Positions 1 to 10,017 are shown, numbered from the stretch's first letter. The stretch: DNA of 60,489 nucleotides from Clostridia bacterium (GCA_017560905.1 JAFZEA010000008.1:1-60489), one strand, 5' to 3'. Notes: generated by a model from the letters alone, not told the origin. Made by a program: numbers and translations.

Positions 1-460
1 CAAAGTACTTTTTGCCGACTTCCATAACAACGTCGGAGTACATCTGAATAAATCTTCTGTAGCAGTCCCAAGCCCAACGGGGATTGCCGGACTTAGCGCT
101 CATAACCTCAACAACCTCTTCGTTAAGACCGAGGTTGAGGATGGTATCCATCATACCGGGCATGGAAGCTCGGGCACCGGAACGAACGGAAACCAGCAGG
201 GGGTTCTCCTTGTCGCCGAACTTCTTGCCGGTGATCTCTTCCATCTTGTCGATATTCTCCATGATTTCGGCCTGAATATCATCATTGATCTTTCTGCCGT
301 CATCATAGTACTGTGTGCAAGCCTCAGTAGAAACGGTGAAGCCCTGGGGTACAGGCAGACCCATCTTGGTCATCTCAGCCAAGTTAGCACCCTTACCGCC
401 CAGCAGCTCACGCATGCTTGCGTCGCCTTCTCTGAACAAATAAACAAATTTTTTGCTCAT
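1..460 (-). CDS. ppdK: Pyruvate, phosphate dikinase, N-terminal part (runs off window start)
   Basis: Not in ORF track. Manual translation from ATG at 460 gives [42 protein letters not shown]...[27 protein letters not shown]; GGAGGG RBS upstream. Confidence 0.96.
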   Translation of the reverse strand, partial: MSKKFVYLFREGDASMRELLGGKGANLAEMTKMGLPVPQGFTVSTEACTQYYDDGRKINDDIQAEIMENIDKMEEITGKKFGDKENPLLVSVRSGARASMPGMMDTILNLGLNEEVVEVMSAKSGNPRWAWDCYRRFIQMYSDVVMEVGKKYF

Positions 461-580
461 TGGTTTTTCCCTCCATATAAAAAATATTTTTAAACATAGC
501 AAAATTGAGGTCGTCGACCTCTTTATCCGTAGTATTATATCACACAAAAATCGGATTGTAAACCATTTTTGTAAAATTTA

Positions 581-1699
581 CTATTTTTTGAAAATATAAA
601 CACGTGGAACACGAATACCGATGCCACAGATCAGTTCATAATGCAGGCGGTCGGAAAGACGGGCAACCGTTTCGGTATCCACGCCCTCTCCCATCACGAT
701 AACCTCATCTCCACGTTTTACATCGGGAATATCTGTCACATCCACCATCAACTGATCCATACAGACCCGACCCAACACAGGGGCTTTTTGTCCGTGGATC
801 ATCATAAAGCCTTTGCCGGAGAGTGATCTGGGATAGCCGTCCGCATAGCCGATGGGCACCGTGGCGATCACTGTTTCCCGCTCGGTCACAAAGGTGGATC
901 CGTAGCTGACCGTCGTACCCGCAGGCACACGCTTGACAAAGGTGACCTTGGCGTGCAGACTCATAGCAGGCGTCAGTCGGACAGCGCTGCGGTCCACCGC
1001 ATCGGAGGGATACAATCCGTAGGTAGCAATGCCGCAACGCACCATATTAAACCGTGCCTCCGGCAGATCGGTAATGCCTGCGGAATTGCACATATGAAGC
1101 ATCGGGATCTGCACGCCTGCCGCCGCGATATCATCCGCAAAGCGCAAAAACGTTTCCATTTGCTTTTTGGCAAGAGTTTTATCCGCCTCATCGGCGCCGG
1201 CAAAATGAGAGAACAGTCCCTCAATCTCAAGCTGACGAAGCGCAGCGATGCGGCACACCGTTTCCAAACTCTCTTGCTGCGGAAAAAAGCCGATACGACC
1301 CATGCCGGTATCCAGCTTGATATGTACCTTGACGGTCTTGCCCAGACGACAAGCCGTTTCGGACATTATCTGCGCACTTTCATAATCAAACACTGTCAGC
1401 GCCACATCCTGACGGATCAGCGACTCATAGCTGTCGGGAAAAACATAGCCCAGAATCATCATGGGGTTATCAATTCCCTCTTGACGCAAGGCGAGCGCCT
1501 CTTCGCCCGTAGCCACACAAAAGCCATCTACCTGATTTTTAAGCGCTTGCGCCACCTGCAGAGCACCGTGACCGTAGGCATTTGCCTTGATGACGGCATA
1601 GACCGCCACCGCTTCCCCCACGACACGCTGCACCTCGGCTATATTGTTGCAGATCGCGCTCAGATTGATCTTTGCATATACTCTATTGGGATATATCAT
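581..1699 (-). CDS. alr: Alanine racemase
   Basis: AVIKANAYGHG PLP-lysine motif, HIKLDTGMGRIG, GYADG, GRVCMDQ; start set at ATG 1699 with GGAGG RBS. Confidence 0.96.
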   Translation of the reverse strand: MIYPNRVYAKINLSAICNNIAEVQRVVGEAVAVYAVIKANAYGHGALQVAQALKNQVDGFCVATGEEALALRQEGIDNPMMILGYVFPDSYESLIRQDVALTVFDYESAQIMSETACRLGKTVKVHIKLDTGMGRIGFFPQQESLETVCRIAALRQLEIEGLFSHFAGADEADKTLAKKQMETFLRFADDIAAAGVQIPMLHMCNSAGITDLPEARFNMVRCGIATYGLYPSDAVDRSAVRLTPAMSLHAKVTFVKRVPAGTTVSYGSTFVTERETVIATVPIGYADGYPRSLSGKGFMMIHGQKAPVLGRVCMDQLMVDVTDIPDVKRGDEVIVMGEGVDTETVARLSDRLHYELICGIGIRVPRVYIFKK

Positions 1700-2609
1700 C
1701 CTTGTCCTCCCATCTGATCCACACTGTGCCATCACTCTCTCCCGTGATCAAAGCGGCGGTAGAAAACGCATCTGCCCAACCGGCATCACGGTGTACGACG
1801 CTTACCTGTGCTATACCGCTGTCCGCAGGATAGCCGGTAGTAAGATCTGTAATATGATGATATTTTTTCTCTTGATAAACAAAAAAGCGTTGCTCGGTGC
1901 CGCTGGTGGACAATGCCTCGCCGTCTTTCAAATAAACGGTTTCGGCAACACCCCCGACACCGTCACTGAGTCCCACGGCAAAAGGCTCTCCGTTTTTATC
2001 TCCCACAGCCACCACCGAAGAAACGGCGCTGAGCAGACCCTTAAAGCCGGAGGCTCTCAGCGCATCTGCCGTTTTTTGCAAAGCATAGCCCTTGGCAAAG
2101 GCGCCCACGTCGATACGAGCATCGGGGTCGGCAATACGGACACGACCGTTTTCGATTTCCAAAGCATTGATATCTATATGCTGCAAAGCCGAAGCGATCG
2201 CACTTTCGGAGGGTGGTGCTTCGGTATCCTTCCACAGTGCCGTCACCGCGCCCCCCATCACATTGACCGCACCGTCAGTCTGCCGATACATCTCTACGCC
2301 GAAGGTAAGCAGGTCTTGCAACTCTTTGGAAATCTCCACCCATTGTCCCGCCTTTTGATTGACGGTATACACGCCCACAACCCCTTCCCAAGGACGGTAA
2401 GCATCACATAGACGGTGCCAACCGTCCAGCATTTCCTCTGCCTGTTTGCCATAGGTTTCAGCATCGTCTTGCGAGGTGTAGCAAATAATATCGATCAACG
2501 TATCAAATGTATCGGGAACGGTGTAACGATAACTCTGCGCATGAGCGCAACCGCACAGTCCACCGCACAGAGCCAAAATGATAAAAAAGACCGCAAAACG
2601 TCTTTTCAT
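1683..2609 (-). CDS. apbE: FAD:protein FMN transferase, ApbE-family lipoprotein
   Basis: Lipobox LCGC, IDVGAFAKGYA, STSG, YHHITDLTTGYP, ADAFSTA motifs. Confidence 0.9.
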   Translation of the reverse strand: MKRRFAVFFIILALCGGLCGCAHAQSYRYTVPDTFDTLIDIICYTSQDDAETYGKQAEEMLDGWHRLCDAYRPWEGVVGVYTVNQKAGQWVEISKELQDLLTFGVEMYRQTDGAVNVMGGAVTALWKDTEAPPSESAIASALQHIDINALEIENGRVRIADPDARIDVGAFAKGYALQKTADALRASGFKGLLSAVSSVVAVGDKNGEPFAVGLSDGVGGVAETVYLKDGEALSTSGTEQRFFVYQEKKYHHITDLTTGYPADSGIAQVSVVHRDAGWADAFSTAALITGESDGTVWIRWEDKDDISQ

Positions 2610-2734
2610 TGTTTACACTCCATTTACACTTTCTTAACACACTCTTTTTTCCGTTGTGTTATACTTAAACCAAGATGAGAAACATCCATCTCATCTGCGG
2701 TTTGAACCTACCGCACTTTTTCATCATTCTCCTA

Positions 2735-2882
2735 TTTTGGACAAGGGCGCTCGAAAGAGCGCTCTTTGTCTTTGTATAGGGTCATTGATCCTATACAAAG
2801 ACAAAGCAACCCCCTACAGGGTTCTTGTCCAAAACATCCTCGAACGATCTATGGCATAGCCATAAGGGAAAGTGAGAGGATA
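2735..2882. repeat. Structured intergenic element: four-way-junction palindrome plus a second hairpin
   Basis: TTTTGGACAAG (2735) pairs with CTTGTCCAAAA (to 2834) and encloses three hairpins; followed by ATCCTC...TATGGC-ATA-GCCATA...GAGGAT. Confidence 0.55.
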
Positions 2883-3003
2883 TTTTTTGGAGAAATACCA
2901 AAGATTTCGCGAAGCGAAATCTTCCTTTCTTTTAATTTTACCACGATATTTATTGCAAAGCAAGCCCCGCCGTGATATACTTTGAATACAGAGGTGATAA
3001 AAC

Positions 3004-3465
3004 TTGGCAAAAAGACAAAAAAAGCAAAAATGGGAACGGGAAGACCGACTGCTTGACTACATCACCACCCACAAAGCAGAGATCACCCGTTATCTCGTTG
3101 TGGTACTCATCGGCGAACTATGGAGATGGGTGCTGGATAATATCATATATAATCTGTTTCCGTTTATGCTCACCTATCGCAGCGGTTTTACCTTTATACT
3201 GTGGGCACTGCCCTATTTCCTTGCTTGCAAGCTGTGGGTCTGGCGGCAGACGGAGGATGACAGCTTTACCTGGGGAACACAAGGACTTAAATTTATTATG
3301 TCCATTCTGGTGATCGCCGTCATCAATATAGGCGTCAATATTCTGATGAGCGATATATTGCTGTTGAACAGCTCGCTGGCGGCACTGTTTGGTCATCTTG
3401 CAGAAGAAATCTTGTATTTCATCGCAATGTATTACGTGATATTGCAGCCTCATAAAAAGAATTAA
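3004..3465 (+). CDS. Hypothetical membrane protein (about 4 TM, possibly GtrA-like)
   Basis: 153-aa ORF, TTG start with GAGGTG RBS, four hydrophobic stretches. Confidence 0.7.
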   Translation: MAKRQKKQKWEREDRLLDYITTHKAEITRYLVVVLIGELWRWVLDNIIYNLFPFMLTYRSGFTFILWALPYFLACKLWVWRQTEDDSFTWGTQGLKFIMSILVIAVINIGVNILMSDILLLNSSLAALFGHLAEEILYFIAMYYVILQPHKKN

Positions 3466-3547
3466 AAAAATTTGCAAGTATTGAAAAAACAAAAAATACT
3501 TGGTATACTATATTTATATAGAAGCAAAAAGAAAGGTGTGTAAGCAC

Positions 3548-3727
3548 ATGAGCAAAAGAGTTGGAACCATTATCGGCATCGTTGTCGGCATTCTGGCTGC
3601 GCTGGCCGCCGTTGGCGCCGTACTGTATTGGCTGGACAAAAAGGGTACCTTGAAGTTAAAGAAAACCGATTTCACCTATTCCGAGGAATTCCCCGATGAA
3701 GAAGAGGAAGCCGTAACAGAAGCATAA
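3548..3727 (+). CDS. Small single-TM protein with acidic tail (59 aa)
   Basis: MSKRVGTIIGIVVGILAALAAVGAVLYW...EEEEAVTEA; AAAGGTG RBS; TTGAAA-17-TATACT promoter at about 3481-3509. Confidence 0.75.
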   Translation: MSKRVGTIIGIVVGILAALAAVGAVLYWLDKKGTLKLKKTDFTYSEEFPDEEEEAVTEA

Positions 3728-3822
3728 ACCGGAGGGGCCGGAAAAATAGTCCGAAATGTAAAAGCCGACCCAACAAACTGAAATTTCAGAGAAAGAAAAA
3801 TACCATATTTCGTTTGAAATTG

Positions 3823-3876
3823 AAGTGATATAGTGATGGTAGACACAAAAAAGTGTCTACCATCACTATATCACTT
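3823..3876. repeat. Perfect 24-bp-arm inverted repeat between convergent genes
   Basis: AAGTGATATAGTGATGGTAGACAC-AAAAAA-GTGTCTACCATCACTATATCACTT. Confidence 0.8.
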
Positions 3877-3904
3877 TAGTTTTGAAAAACTACTGACTTT
3901 TCTT

Positions 3905-5293
3905 TTATTTAAGACCAAAAATTTTGCGTTTGACATGAGGATTTTCCAGATGGAAACGCCGCTTTTTGACAATTACACGATAGACGATCAAGTCCGTTAT
4001 AATAGTAGCAAGCCACGACACCGTGTAGGAGAAGAACAGACATTCCAATGTGTGGAACATCTGAAATACCGTAAAGATCCACACCAAACGGACACCGCAG
4101 ACACCAAGTACCGATACCAGCATCGCCGCCACGGAGCTTCCCATGCCGCGCAGGGTACAACTCATAACCTCCATAATACCGCACAGGAAGTACGGTACGC
4201 CCATCCATAACAGTTTGATCACGCCGTACTTAATGGCCTCGGGAGAATCGGTGATGTACAGGGAGAGAAGCTGAGATCCGAACACATAGCTCAGCACACC
4301 CAACGTCAGTCCCGTCACCGTAACACAGCCAAAGCAGATACCGATGATACGGGATATCCGCTCCTCCTTTTTAGCACCGATATTCTGTCCCACAAAGTTG
4401 AGCGCCGTCTGTCCGAAAGCGGAAAAACTTACATATACATATCCCTCAATATTGCCGGCGGCAGACATGCCGTTTACCACCTCGGCGCCGAAGGAATTGA
4501 CCGCTGCCTGAATGATAACATTGGAAATGTTAAACAGTGTACCCTGAATACCTGCAGGAATACCGATGTTCAGAATTCTGCCCACCGCCTGTCTGTCAAA
4601 GCAAAGCTTTTTGAGTTCCAATTTGCAGGCGTCGTTGCGTCGCATCAATGCGATCACGACCAGTGTTGCCGAAACAAACTGAGAAATAGCGGTAGCCAGT
4701 GCCACACCCGCCACATTCATATGGAAGAAAATTACGAATATCAGATTGAGGCCCACATTGACTACACCTGCAATACTCAGATAGATGAGCGGTCGCACAG
4801 TATCTCCCGCCGCACGCAAAATAGCGGCGCCGAAATTGTAGACCAGATTGCCCAGTACACCGCAAAAATAGATACGCATATATATCGTAGCAAGCCCTAT
4901 GGTCTCCTCGGGGGTTCCCATCCATTCGAGAAAGTAGCGGCTGAAAAGCACACCGACGATTGTCAGCACTATGCCGCCCACCGCCGCCACGGGAAATGCC
5001 GTATGAACCGACTTATGCACGCGTGTATTATGGTTGCCGCCCAAGCCCTGCGCCACAGCAACGCTGACGCCGATAGACAGTCCCATAAACAGATACACAA
5101 TCAACGTAATAATGGATCCGGTAGCTCCGACCGCGCCCACTGAGTCAGCACCGCAGTAACGTCCCACCACCAGCAAGTCCGCCGTATTAAACAGCAACTG
5201 CAATACGCTGGTCGCAATGATTGGCAATGTATACAGCACGATGTTTTTAAACAACCGGCCGTTTACCATATCGATCTGTTTTGATCCTTTCAC
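3905..5293 (-). CDS. MATE family efflux transporter
   Basis: About 12 TM; PIIATSVLQLLFNTAD, LRAAGDT, GVAGVALATAISQ-like and GQNIGAKK MATE motifs. Confidence 0.93.
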   Translation of the reverse strand: MKGSKQIDMVNGRLFKNIVLYTLPIIATSVLQLLFNTADLLVVGRYCGADSVGAVGATGSIITLIVYLFMGLSIGVSVAVAQGLGGNHNTRVHKSVHTAFPVAAVGGIVLTIVGVLFSRYFLEWMGTPEETIGLATIYMRIYFCGVLGNLVYNFGAAILRAAGDTVRPLIYLSIAGVVNVGLNLIFVIFFHMNVAGVALATAISQFVSATLVVIALMRRNDACKLELKKLCFDRQAVGRILNIGIPAGIQGTLFNISNVIIQAAVNSFGAEVVNGMSAAGNIEGYVYVSFSAFGQTALNFVGQNIGAKKEERISRIIGICFGCVTVTGLTLGVLSYVFGSQLLSLYITDSPEAIKYGVIKLLWMGVPYFLCGIMEVMSCTLRGMGSSVAAMLVSVLGVCGVRLVWIFTVFQMFHTLECLFFSYTVSWLATIITDLIVYRVIVKKRRFHLENPHVKRKIFGLK

Positions 5294-5399
5294 GATCGTC
5301 TCCCCCTTTGCTGCTTACATTATACACCCCTTAAAATAAAAAACAACCCCAAACACCCATTTTTGAAAAATAAAAATGCACGGAAGCCCGTGCATCTTC

Positions 5400-5769
5400 T
5401 TATACTAAGATCTTAATATTTTCTTCTTCGAGGATGATCGGTTCTGCCTTTAGCAGTCTGTCAAAATTACCTGCCAGACGATCGACCATCAGCGCAAAGC
5501 CCTTTTCATTAATATGCTGATTTTTTTAGCCGTAAAAACTGTCGCAGCAGTGATCGTAGGCCGCCTCTGGCGGCGAGACAAACCACGCGCTCTCATCCCT
5601 TTCCGCATAGGTCAGAAAAGAGGCGCAGCTCGGGTCATCATATAGGCGACGCATTTTATGCAAATATTCATAACTGTTGCTCACGGCAATCTCATTTACG
5701 GAAGGCAGCACCGCCGCCCCCCATCATATTGGATTGCCCTGCAAAAACGAACAATTCTCTGTAAGTCAT
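5400..5769 (-). pseudogene. Degraded SGNH/SASA-type (sialate or acetylxylan) esterase remnant
   Basis: ATG overlaps the upstream TAA; [17 protein letters not shown] (GQSNM motif), frameshift at a G6 run, in-frame stop at 5526-5528, then KNQHINEKGF to TAA at 5400. Much shorter than an intact family member. Confidence 0.65.
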
Positions 5770-7127
5770 TAGTTTTTCAGGCTCTGCAGAGGCGCAGGGA
5801 TGCGGCCGCCGCGATGAATAAATTCATGGGGAGATGCTGTGTTTATATTCATTACCGGGCCCTCGCCCAGCAGTCCGCCGAAGGACAATGTGTCGCCCAC
5901 CTTTTTGCCGATGGCGGGAATAACACGAACAGCCATTGTCTTGGAATTGACCATACCGATGGCCGCTTCGTCGGCGATGAGCGCAGAGATAACCTCAGGG
6001 CTGGTGTCGCCGGGAATGTTGATCATATCAAGACCCACACTGCACACAGCGGTCATCGCCTCAAGCTTTTCCAGTGTCAGGCAACCGGTCGTAGCCGCAT
6101 TGATCATACCCGCATCTTCGGTAACGGGAATAAATGCGCCCGATAAGCCGCCCACGTGACCACTGGCCATAACGCCGCCCTTTTTCACCGCATCATTGAG
6201 CAATGCCAGAGCCGCCGTTGTGCCGCAACCGCCGCACTGCTCCAGACCCATTTCTTCCAAAATATGAGCCACACTGTCACCCACCGCAGGTGTGGGCGCC
6301 AACGAAAGATCTACAATACCAAAGGGTATGCCCAATCTTTCCGAGGCACGGGTGGCCACCAGTTGACCGATTCGTGTGATCTTAAATGCCGTACGCTTGA
6401 TACACTCTGCCACGGCAGAGAGATCCTCGCCTTTGTGCTTGGCCAATGCACTGCGCACCACACCGGGGCCCGAAACGCCCACGTTGATACAGCAGTCCGC
6501 CTCGCCCACACCGTGAAATGCACCCGCCATAAAGGGGTTATCCTCCACCGCATTGCAAAAGACCACCAGCTTGGCGGCGCCGATACAGTTGCGATCGGCG
6601 GTCAGACGTGCCGCTTCTTTCACGATATATCCCATTTTGCATACCGCATCCATATTGATGCCGGCTCTGGTCGAACCGATATTGACGCTGGAACAGATAT
6701 GATCCGTGACACTCAGTGCCTCGGGAATGCTTTCAATCAAGGCCAGATCGCCCGGTGCAAAACCCTTCTGCACCAGTGCGCTGTAACCACCGATAAAGTC
6801 CACGCCCAGTGCTCTTGACGCCTTCTCCAGTGTCAGTGCAAATTTGACGGGACTCTGCCCGTGGCAGGCCGCCGCTAACATAGAAATGGGCGTTACGCTG
6901 ATTCTCTTATTGATGATGGGTACACCCAACTCGCCCTCGATCTCTTCGCAGACCGCCACCTGACGGGCGGCAATACGAGTGATCTTATCATAAACCTTCT
7001 GACAGGCACGATCAATATCCGGGTCAATGCAATCCAAAAGCGAAATGCCGATGGTTACGGTACGGATATCCAGATGCTCCTGCTCGATCATCGAGATGGT
7101 TTCCAAAATATCATTGGTATTGATCAT
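5769..7127 (-). CDS. PFL-like DUF711/UPF0210 family protein
   Basis: [40 protein letters not shown]-terminal GGRIPAP..SLKN; follows an ACT protein as usual. Confidence 0.93.
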   Translation of the reverse strand: MINTNDILETISMIEQEHLDIRTVTIGISLLDCIDPDIDRACQKVYDKITRIAARQVAVCEEIEGELGVPIINKRISVTPISMLAAACHGQSPVKFALTLEKASRALGVDFIGGYSALVQKGFAPGDLALIESIPEALSVTDHICSSVNIGSTRAGINMDAVCKMGYIVKEAARLTADRNCIGAAKLVVFCNAVEDNPFMAGAFHGVGEADCCINVGVSGPGVVRSALAKHKGEDLSAVAECIKRTAFKITRIGQLVATRASERLGIPFGIVDLSLAPTPAVGDSVAHILEEMGLEQCGGCGTTAALALLNDAVKKGGVMASGHVGGLSGAFIPVTEDAGMINAATTGCLTLEKLEAMTAVCSVGLDMINIPGDTSPEVISALIADEAAIGMVNSKTMAVRVIPAIGKKVGDTLSFGGLLGEGPVMNINTASPHEFIHRGGRIPAPLQSLKN

Positions 7128-7139
7128 AACAATCGGCTC

Positions 7140-7409
7140 CTATACTTTGTGCATGGTGTCAAAAATTTCTTCGTGCATACAGTGAATGTCCATATTCATC
7201 TCTGCCCCCATTTTTTTGAGATTTTCGGCAAACTGCGAAAAAGAGATTTCCATCTCTCCGATGTCCGCCAGCATAATCATACAGAACATATCCTGCAGTA
7301 CGGACTGAGTGACCTCCACAATATTCAGCCCGTTTTCGGCGCATTTGCCGCTGACCGTCGCCAATATGCCCACGCGGTCTTTTCCAACCACAGTAATAAC
7401 AGCTCTCAT
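7140..7409 (-). CDS. ACT domain protein (UPF0237)
   Basis: MRAVITVVGKDRVGI...EEIFDTMHKV; standard partner of DUF711. Confidence 0.92.
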   Translation of the reverse strand: MRAVITVVGKDRVGILATVSGKCAENGLNIVEVTQSVLQDMFCMIMLADIGEMEISFSQFAENLKKMGAEMNMDIHCMHEEIFDTMHKV

Positions 7410-7517
7410 TTGTCATTCCTCCGTTTTATGATACATTTTATTATATATAATTTCTAAAACAAAGTCAACTTTTTATGCCTTGCGTTTTACCAAAGAGAAG
7501 AACTTTTTCCGTCAACC

Positions 7518-7546
7518 TTGAAAATCCAAAATTTATATGCTACAAT
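7518..7546 (+). promoter_or_regulatory. sigmaA promoter of the yebC-like gene
   Basis: TTGAAA-17 nt-TACAAT with TG extension. Confidence 0.7.
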
Positions 7547-7581
7547 AAACTCTGTTATAATTATGATATGGAGTGAATACA

Positions 7582-8316
7582 ATGTCCGGACATTCTAAAT
7601 GGAAAAACATTATGCACAAAAAGGGTAAGACCGACGCACAGCGCGCCAAAGTCTTTACCAAAATGGCCAAAGAAATTATGGTAGTGGTCAAAGAGGGCGG
7701 AGCTGACCCCGCCTCCAACTCCCGTCTGGCCGACGTCATTGCCAAAGCCAAGGCCGCCAACGTTCCCAACGACAACATTGAGCGTGCCATCAAAAAGGGT
7801 GCCGGTGCCGAGGGCGGCGCCGACTATATCAACCTCACCTATGAGGGCTACGGTCCCGGCGGTGTGGCTGTGGTCGTGGAATGTCTGACCGACAACAAAA
7901 ACCGTACCGCAGGCAACATCCGCCACTGGTTTGACAAATTCGGCGGCAATCTGGGCGCCACAGGCAGTGTGGCCTGGCAATTCAAGACCTACGGTCAGCT
8001 CATTATTGAAAAAGCCGACGGCATCGATGAGGACGAGCTGATGATGCTGGCGCTGGACAGCGGTGCCGATGACTTTACCGCTGAGGAAGAAGCATTTGAG
8101 ATCATTTGCGCTCCCGAAAACTTCCACGCCCTGCGTGAAGCACTGGAGGGTGAAGGCTATACCTTCCTGTCTGCCGAAGTCACCCGCATCCCCGACAACG
8201 AGGTCACCCTGACCGACGAAAAGGACATCAAGTTCATGGGCCTGCTCATCGAAAATCTCGAAGACGATGATGACGTTCAGAACATCTATCATAACGCCGC
8301 AAACGAGGATTTGTAG
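7582..8316 (+). CDS. YebC/PmpR family protein
   Basis: MSGHSKWKNIMHKK, YEGYGPGGVA, TDNKNRT, DDDVQNIYHN. Confidence 0.96.
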   Translation: MSGHSKWKNIMHKKGKTDAQRAKVFTKMAKEIMVVVKEGGADPASNSRLADVIAKAKAANVPNDNIERAIKKGAGAEGGADYINLTYEGYGPGGVAVVVECLTDNKNRTAGNIRHWFDKFGGNLGATGSVAWQFKTYGQLIIEKADGIDEDELMMLALDSGADDFTAEEEAFEIICAPENFHALREALEGEGYTFLSAEVTRIPDNEVTLTDEKDIKFMGLLIENLEDDDDVQNIYHNAANEDL

Positions 8317-8432
8317 AAATCAAAAAATATTTATTGCCCGAGGGCAAACATAAAAAAGAAAAGCGACCGTAAATATTCGTGCAAAGCGAAAGCGTCCCCC
8401 AAGAGGCACACTCCGTAAGGAAGTGTGCCTCA

Positions 8433-8637
8433 GTTTTATTCGCCAAAGGCGAGTTGTATTGCTTCGCAGTGATATTCGGCTACCGCCGAGTGTTATTCGC
8501 TTCGCGAGTTTAGGGGCGAATAAAATATCACTAAAACCGTCAGGTTTTAATATCACTTTCCTTTTAAAAATATCTCGCCATAGGCGAGGATTTTCAAAAG
8601 AAAATATCACTGTGAGACCTGTCTCACAATATCACTT
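8433..8637. repeat. Motif-and-hairpin array A (AGTGATATT / AATATCACT)
   Basis: Four degenerate AGTGATATT units, each followed by a different short hairpin, then four to five AATATCACT units separated by hairpins. Confidence 0.8.
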
Positions 8638-8687
8638 ATTATTTTTTTCTTTGAGATAGGTAAAATTTTAAGGTATGTAACCCACTA

Positions 8688-8894
8688 TGACACTTTCAAA
8701 CAGAAAGTGTCAATTTTTATATAAAAAGAAAATTGGGAGAACACTTCTTTACGAAGTGTCCCCCAAAAAGTAACCATTTATTTTCGGTCAGGGATAGCCT
8801 TTTTTAAAACCATGCCACTTTCAAAAAACAGAAAGTGGCATTTTTTCTTTATAAAAGAGAACGGAGACTGCTTCTTTACGAAGCGTCTCCGTTC
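8688..8894. repeat. Tandemly duplicated ~125-bp unit with two hairpins per copy
   Basis: TGACACTTTC..GAAAGTGTCA (8688-8712) vs TGCCACTTTC..GAAAGTGGCA (8813-8840); each followed by a hairpin with CTTC-TTTAC-GAAG core (8735-8765, 8859-8894). Confidence 0.7.
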
Positions 8895-8920
8895 ATATGT
8901 AAAAACAAAATACAAAAGCC

Positions 8921-9865
8921 TTAAATTTTGAGGCTCTTTATAACTTCTTTGAGAGTGTTGGCGCTCTTTTGCAAGGAGATAATTTCTTCATCATTTAAGG
9001 GCGTCAACACCTTGGCAACGGCACCCTCCTTGCCGATCACGTTAAGAGTAGACAGGCACACGTCGTTGATGCCGTACTCGCCGTGCAGCATAGTGGAAAC
9101 CGTCATAGTGGTGTCAATACCGTCCAGAATACATTTGCAGATATGACAAACCGAAGAGCTGACCGCATAATAAGTAGCACCCTTGCGCTCGATCACACTG
9201 GCACCACTGCGGCGGACATATTCCTCGATCTCCGCAAAATTTATTTCGGGATAACTGCGGATCGCTCCGCCCAAAGACTCTCTGTACTGACCGATGGGTA
9301 TATTGGAAATATTGGCCAGCGACCACGGGATAAACGAAGAATCCCCGTGCTCACCCATAACGTAGGCGTGCACATTTTTTTGATTGATATTGTAATATTG
9401 GCTCAGACGAGTGCGCAGTCTGGCGGTATCCAAAATGGTACCGGAACCGATGATCTGATGTTCGGGAAGCCCGGAGTGCTTATAGAAGGTGTAGGTCAGT
9501 ATATCCACGGGATTGCTGACGATGACATAAACCGCCGTGGGGGCGTACTGCAAGATTTTAGGGATGATTTCCCTGGTAATATCGACGTTGGTCTGCGCCA
9601 GATCCAGACGGCTCTGACCGGGCTTACGTGCCATACCGGAGCAGATAACGACAATCTGCGAACCCGTGGCATCCTGATAGCTGCCCGCATTTACTGTGGT
9701 CGATGTACTGAAAGGTGTACCTTGCTCTATGTCCATAGCCTCGCCCTTGGCGCGCTCGGCATTGACATCAATCATAACGAGTTCAGTGGCCAGTCCCGTA
9801 ACAGACATAGTATAAGCGATCGTAGATCCGACGGACCCTGTGCCGATAATGGTGATCTTGGGCAT
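8921..9865 (-). CDS. ldh: L-lactate dehydrogenase
   Basis: KITIIGTGSVG, RKPGQSRLDL, VSNPVD, GSGTILDTAR, MGEHGDS, KGATYY; start at ATG 9865. Confidence 0.93.
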   Translation of the reverse strand: MPKITIIGTGSVGSTIAYTMSVTGLATELVMIDVNAERAKGEAMDIEQGTPFSTSTTVNAGSYQDATGSQIVVICSGMARKPGQSRLDLAQTNVDITREIIPKILQYAPTAVYVIVSNPVDILTYTFYKHSGLPEHQIIGSGTILDTARLRTRLSQYYNINQKNVHAYVMGEHGDSSFIPWSLANISNIPIGQYRESLGGAIRSYPEINFAEIEEYVRRSGASVIERKGATYYAVSSSVCHICKCILDGIDTTMTVSTMLHGEYGINDVCLSTLNVIGKEGAVAKVLTPLNDEEIISLQKSANTLKEVIKSLKI

Positions 9866-10017
9866 AGTCTTTTTCCTCTCTTTATCAACATTTCTCAACA
9901 ATTTTACCACAAGCACAACATTGTTGCAATACTTTTTTCAAAAACTGCATTCGTTCACCAAAAATATCTTTTGTGTTTTATACAGAACGCCATTTACTGA
10001 GGACAACGCCGCTATTA

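Noticed and set aside
8433-8637. CRISPR or TIGR-type guide array interpretation of arrays A, B and C
   Set aside because: Repeats are only 7-9 nt, spacers are self-complementary and variable in length, the orientation flips midway, and no cas or Nop-domain gene is in the window.
9881-9945. Rex operator upstream of ldh
   Set aside because: TTGTTG half-sites exist but no 18-bp palindrome fits the consensus well enough.
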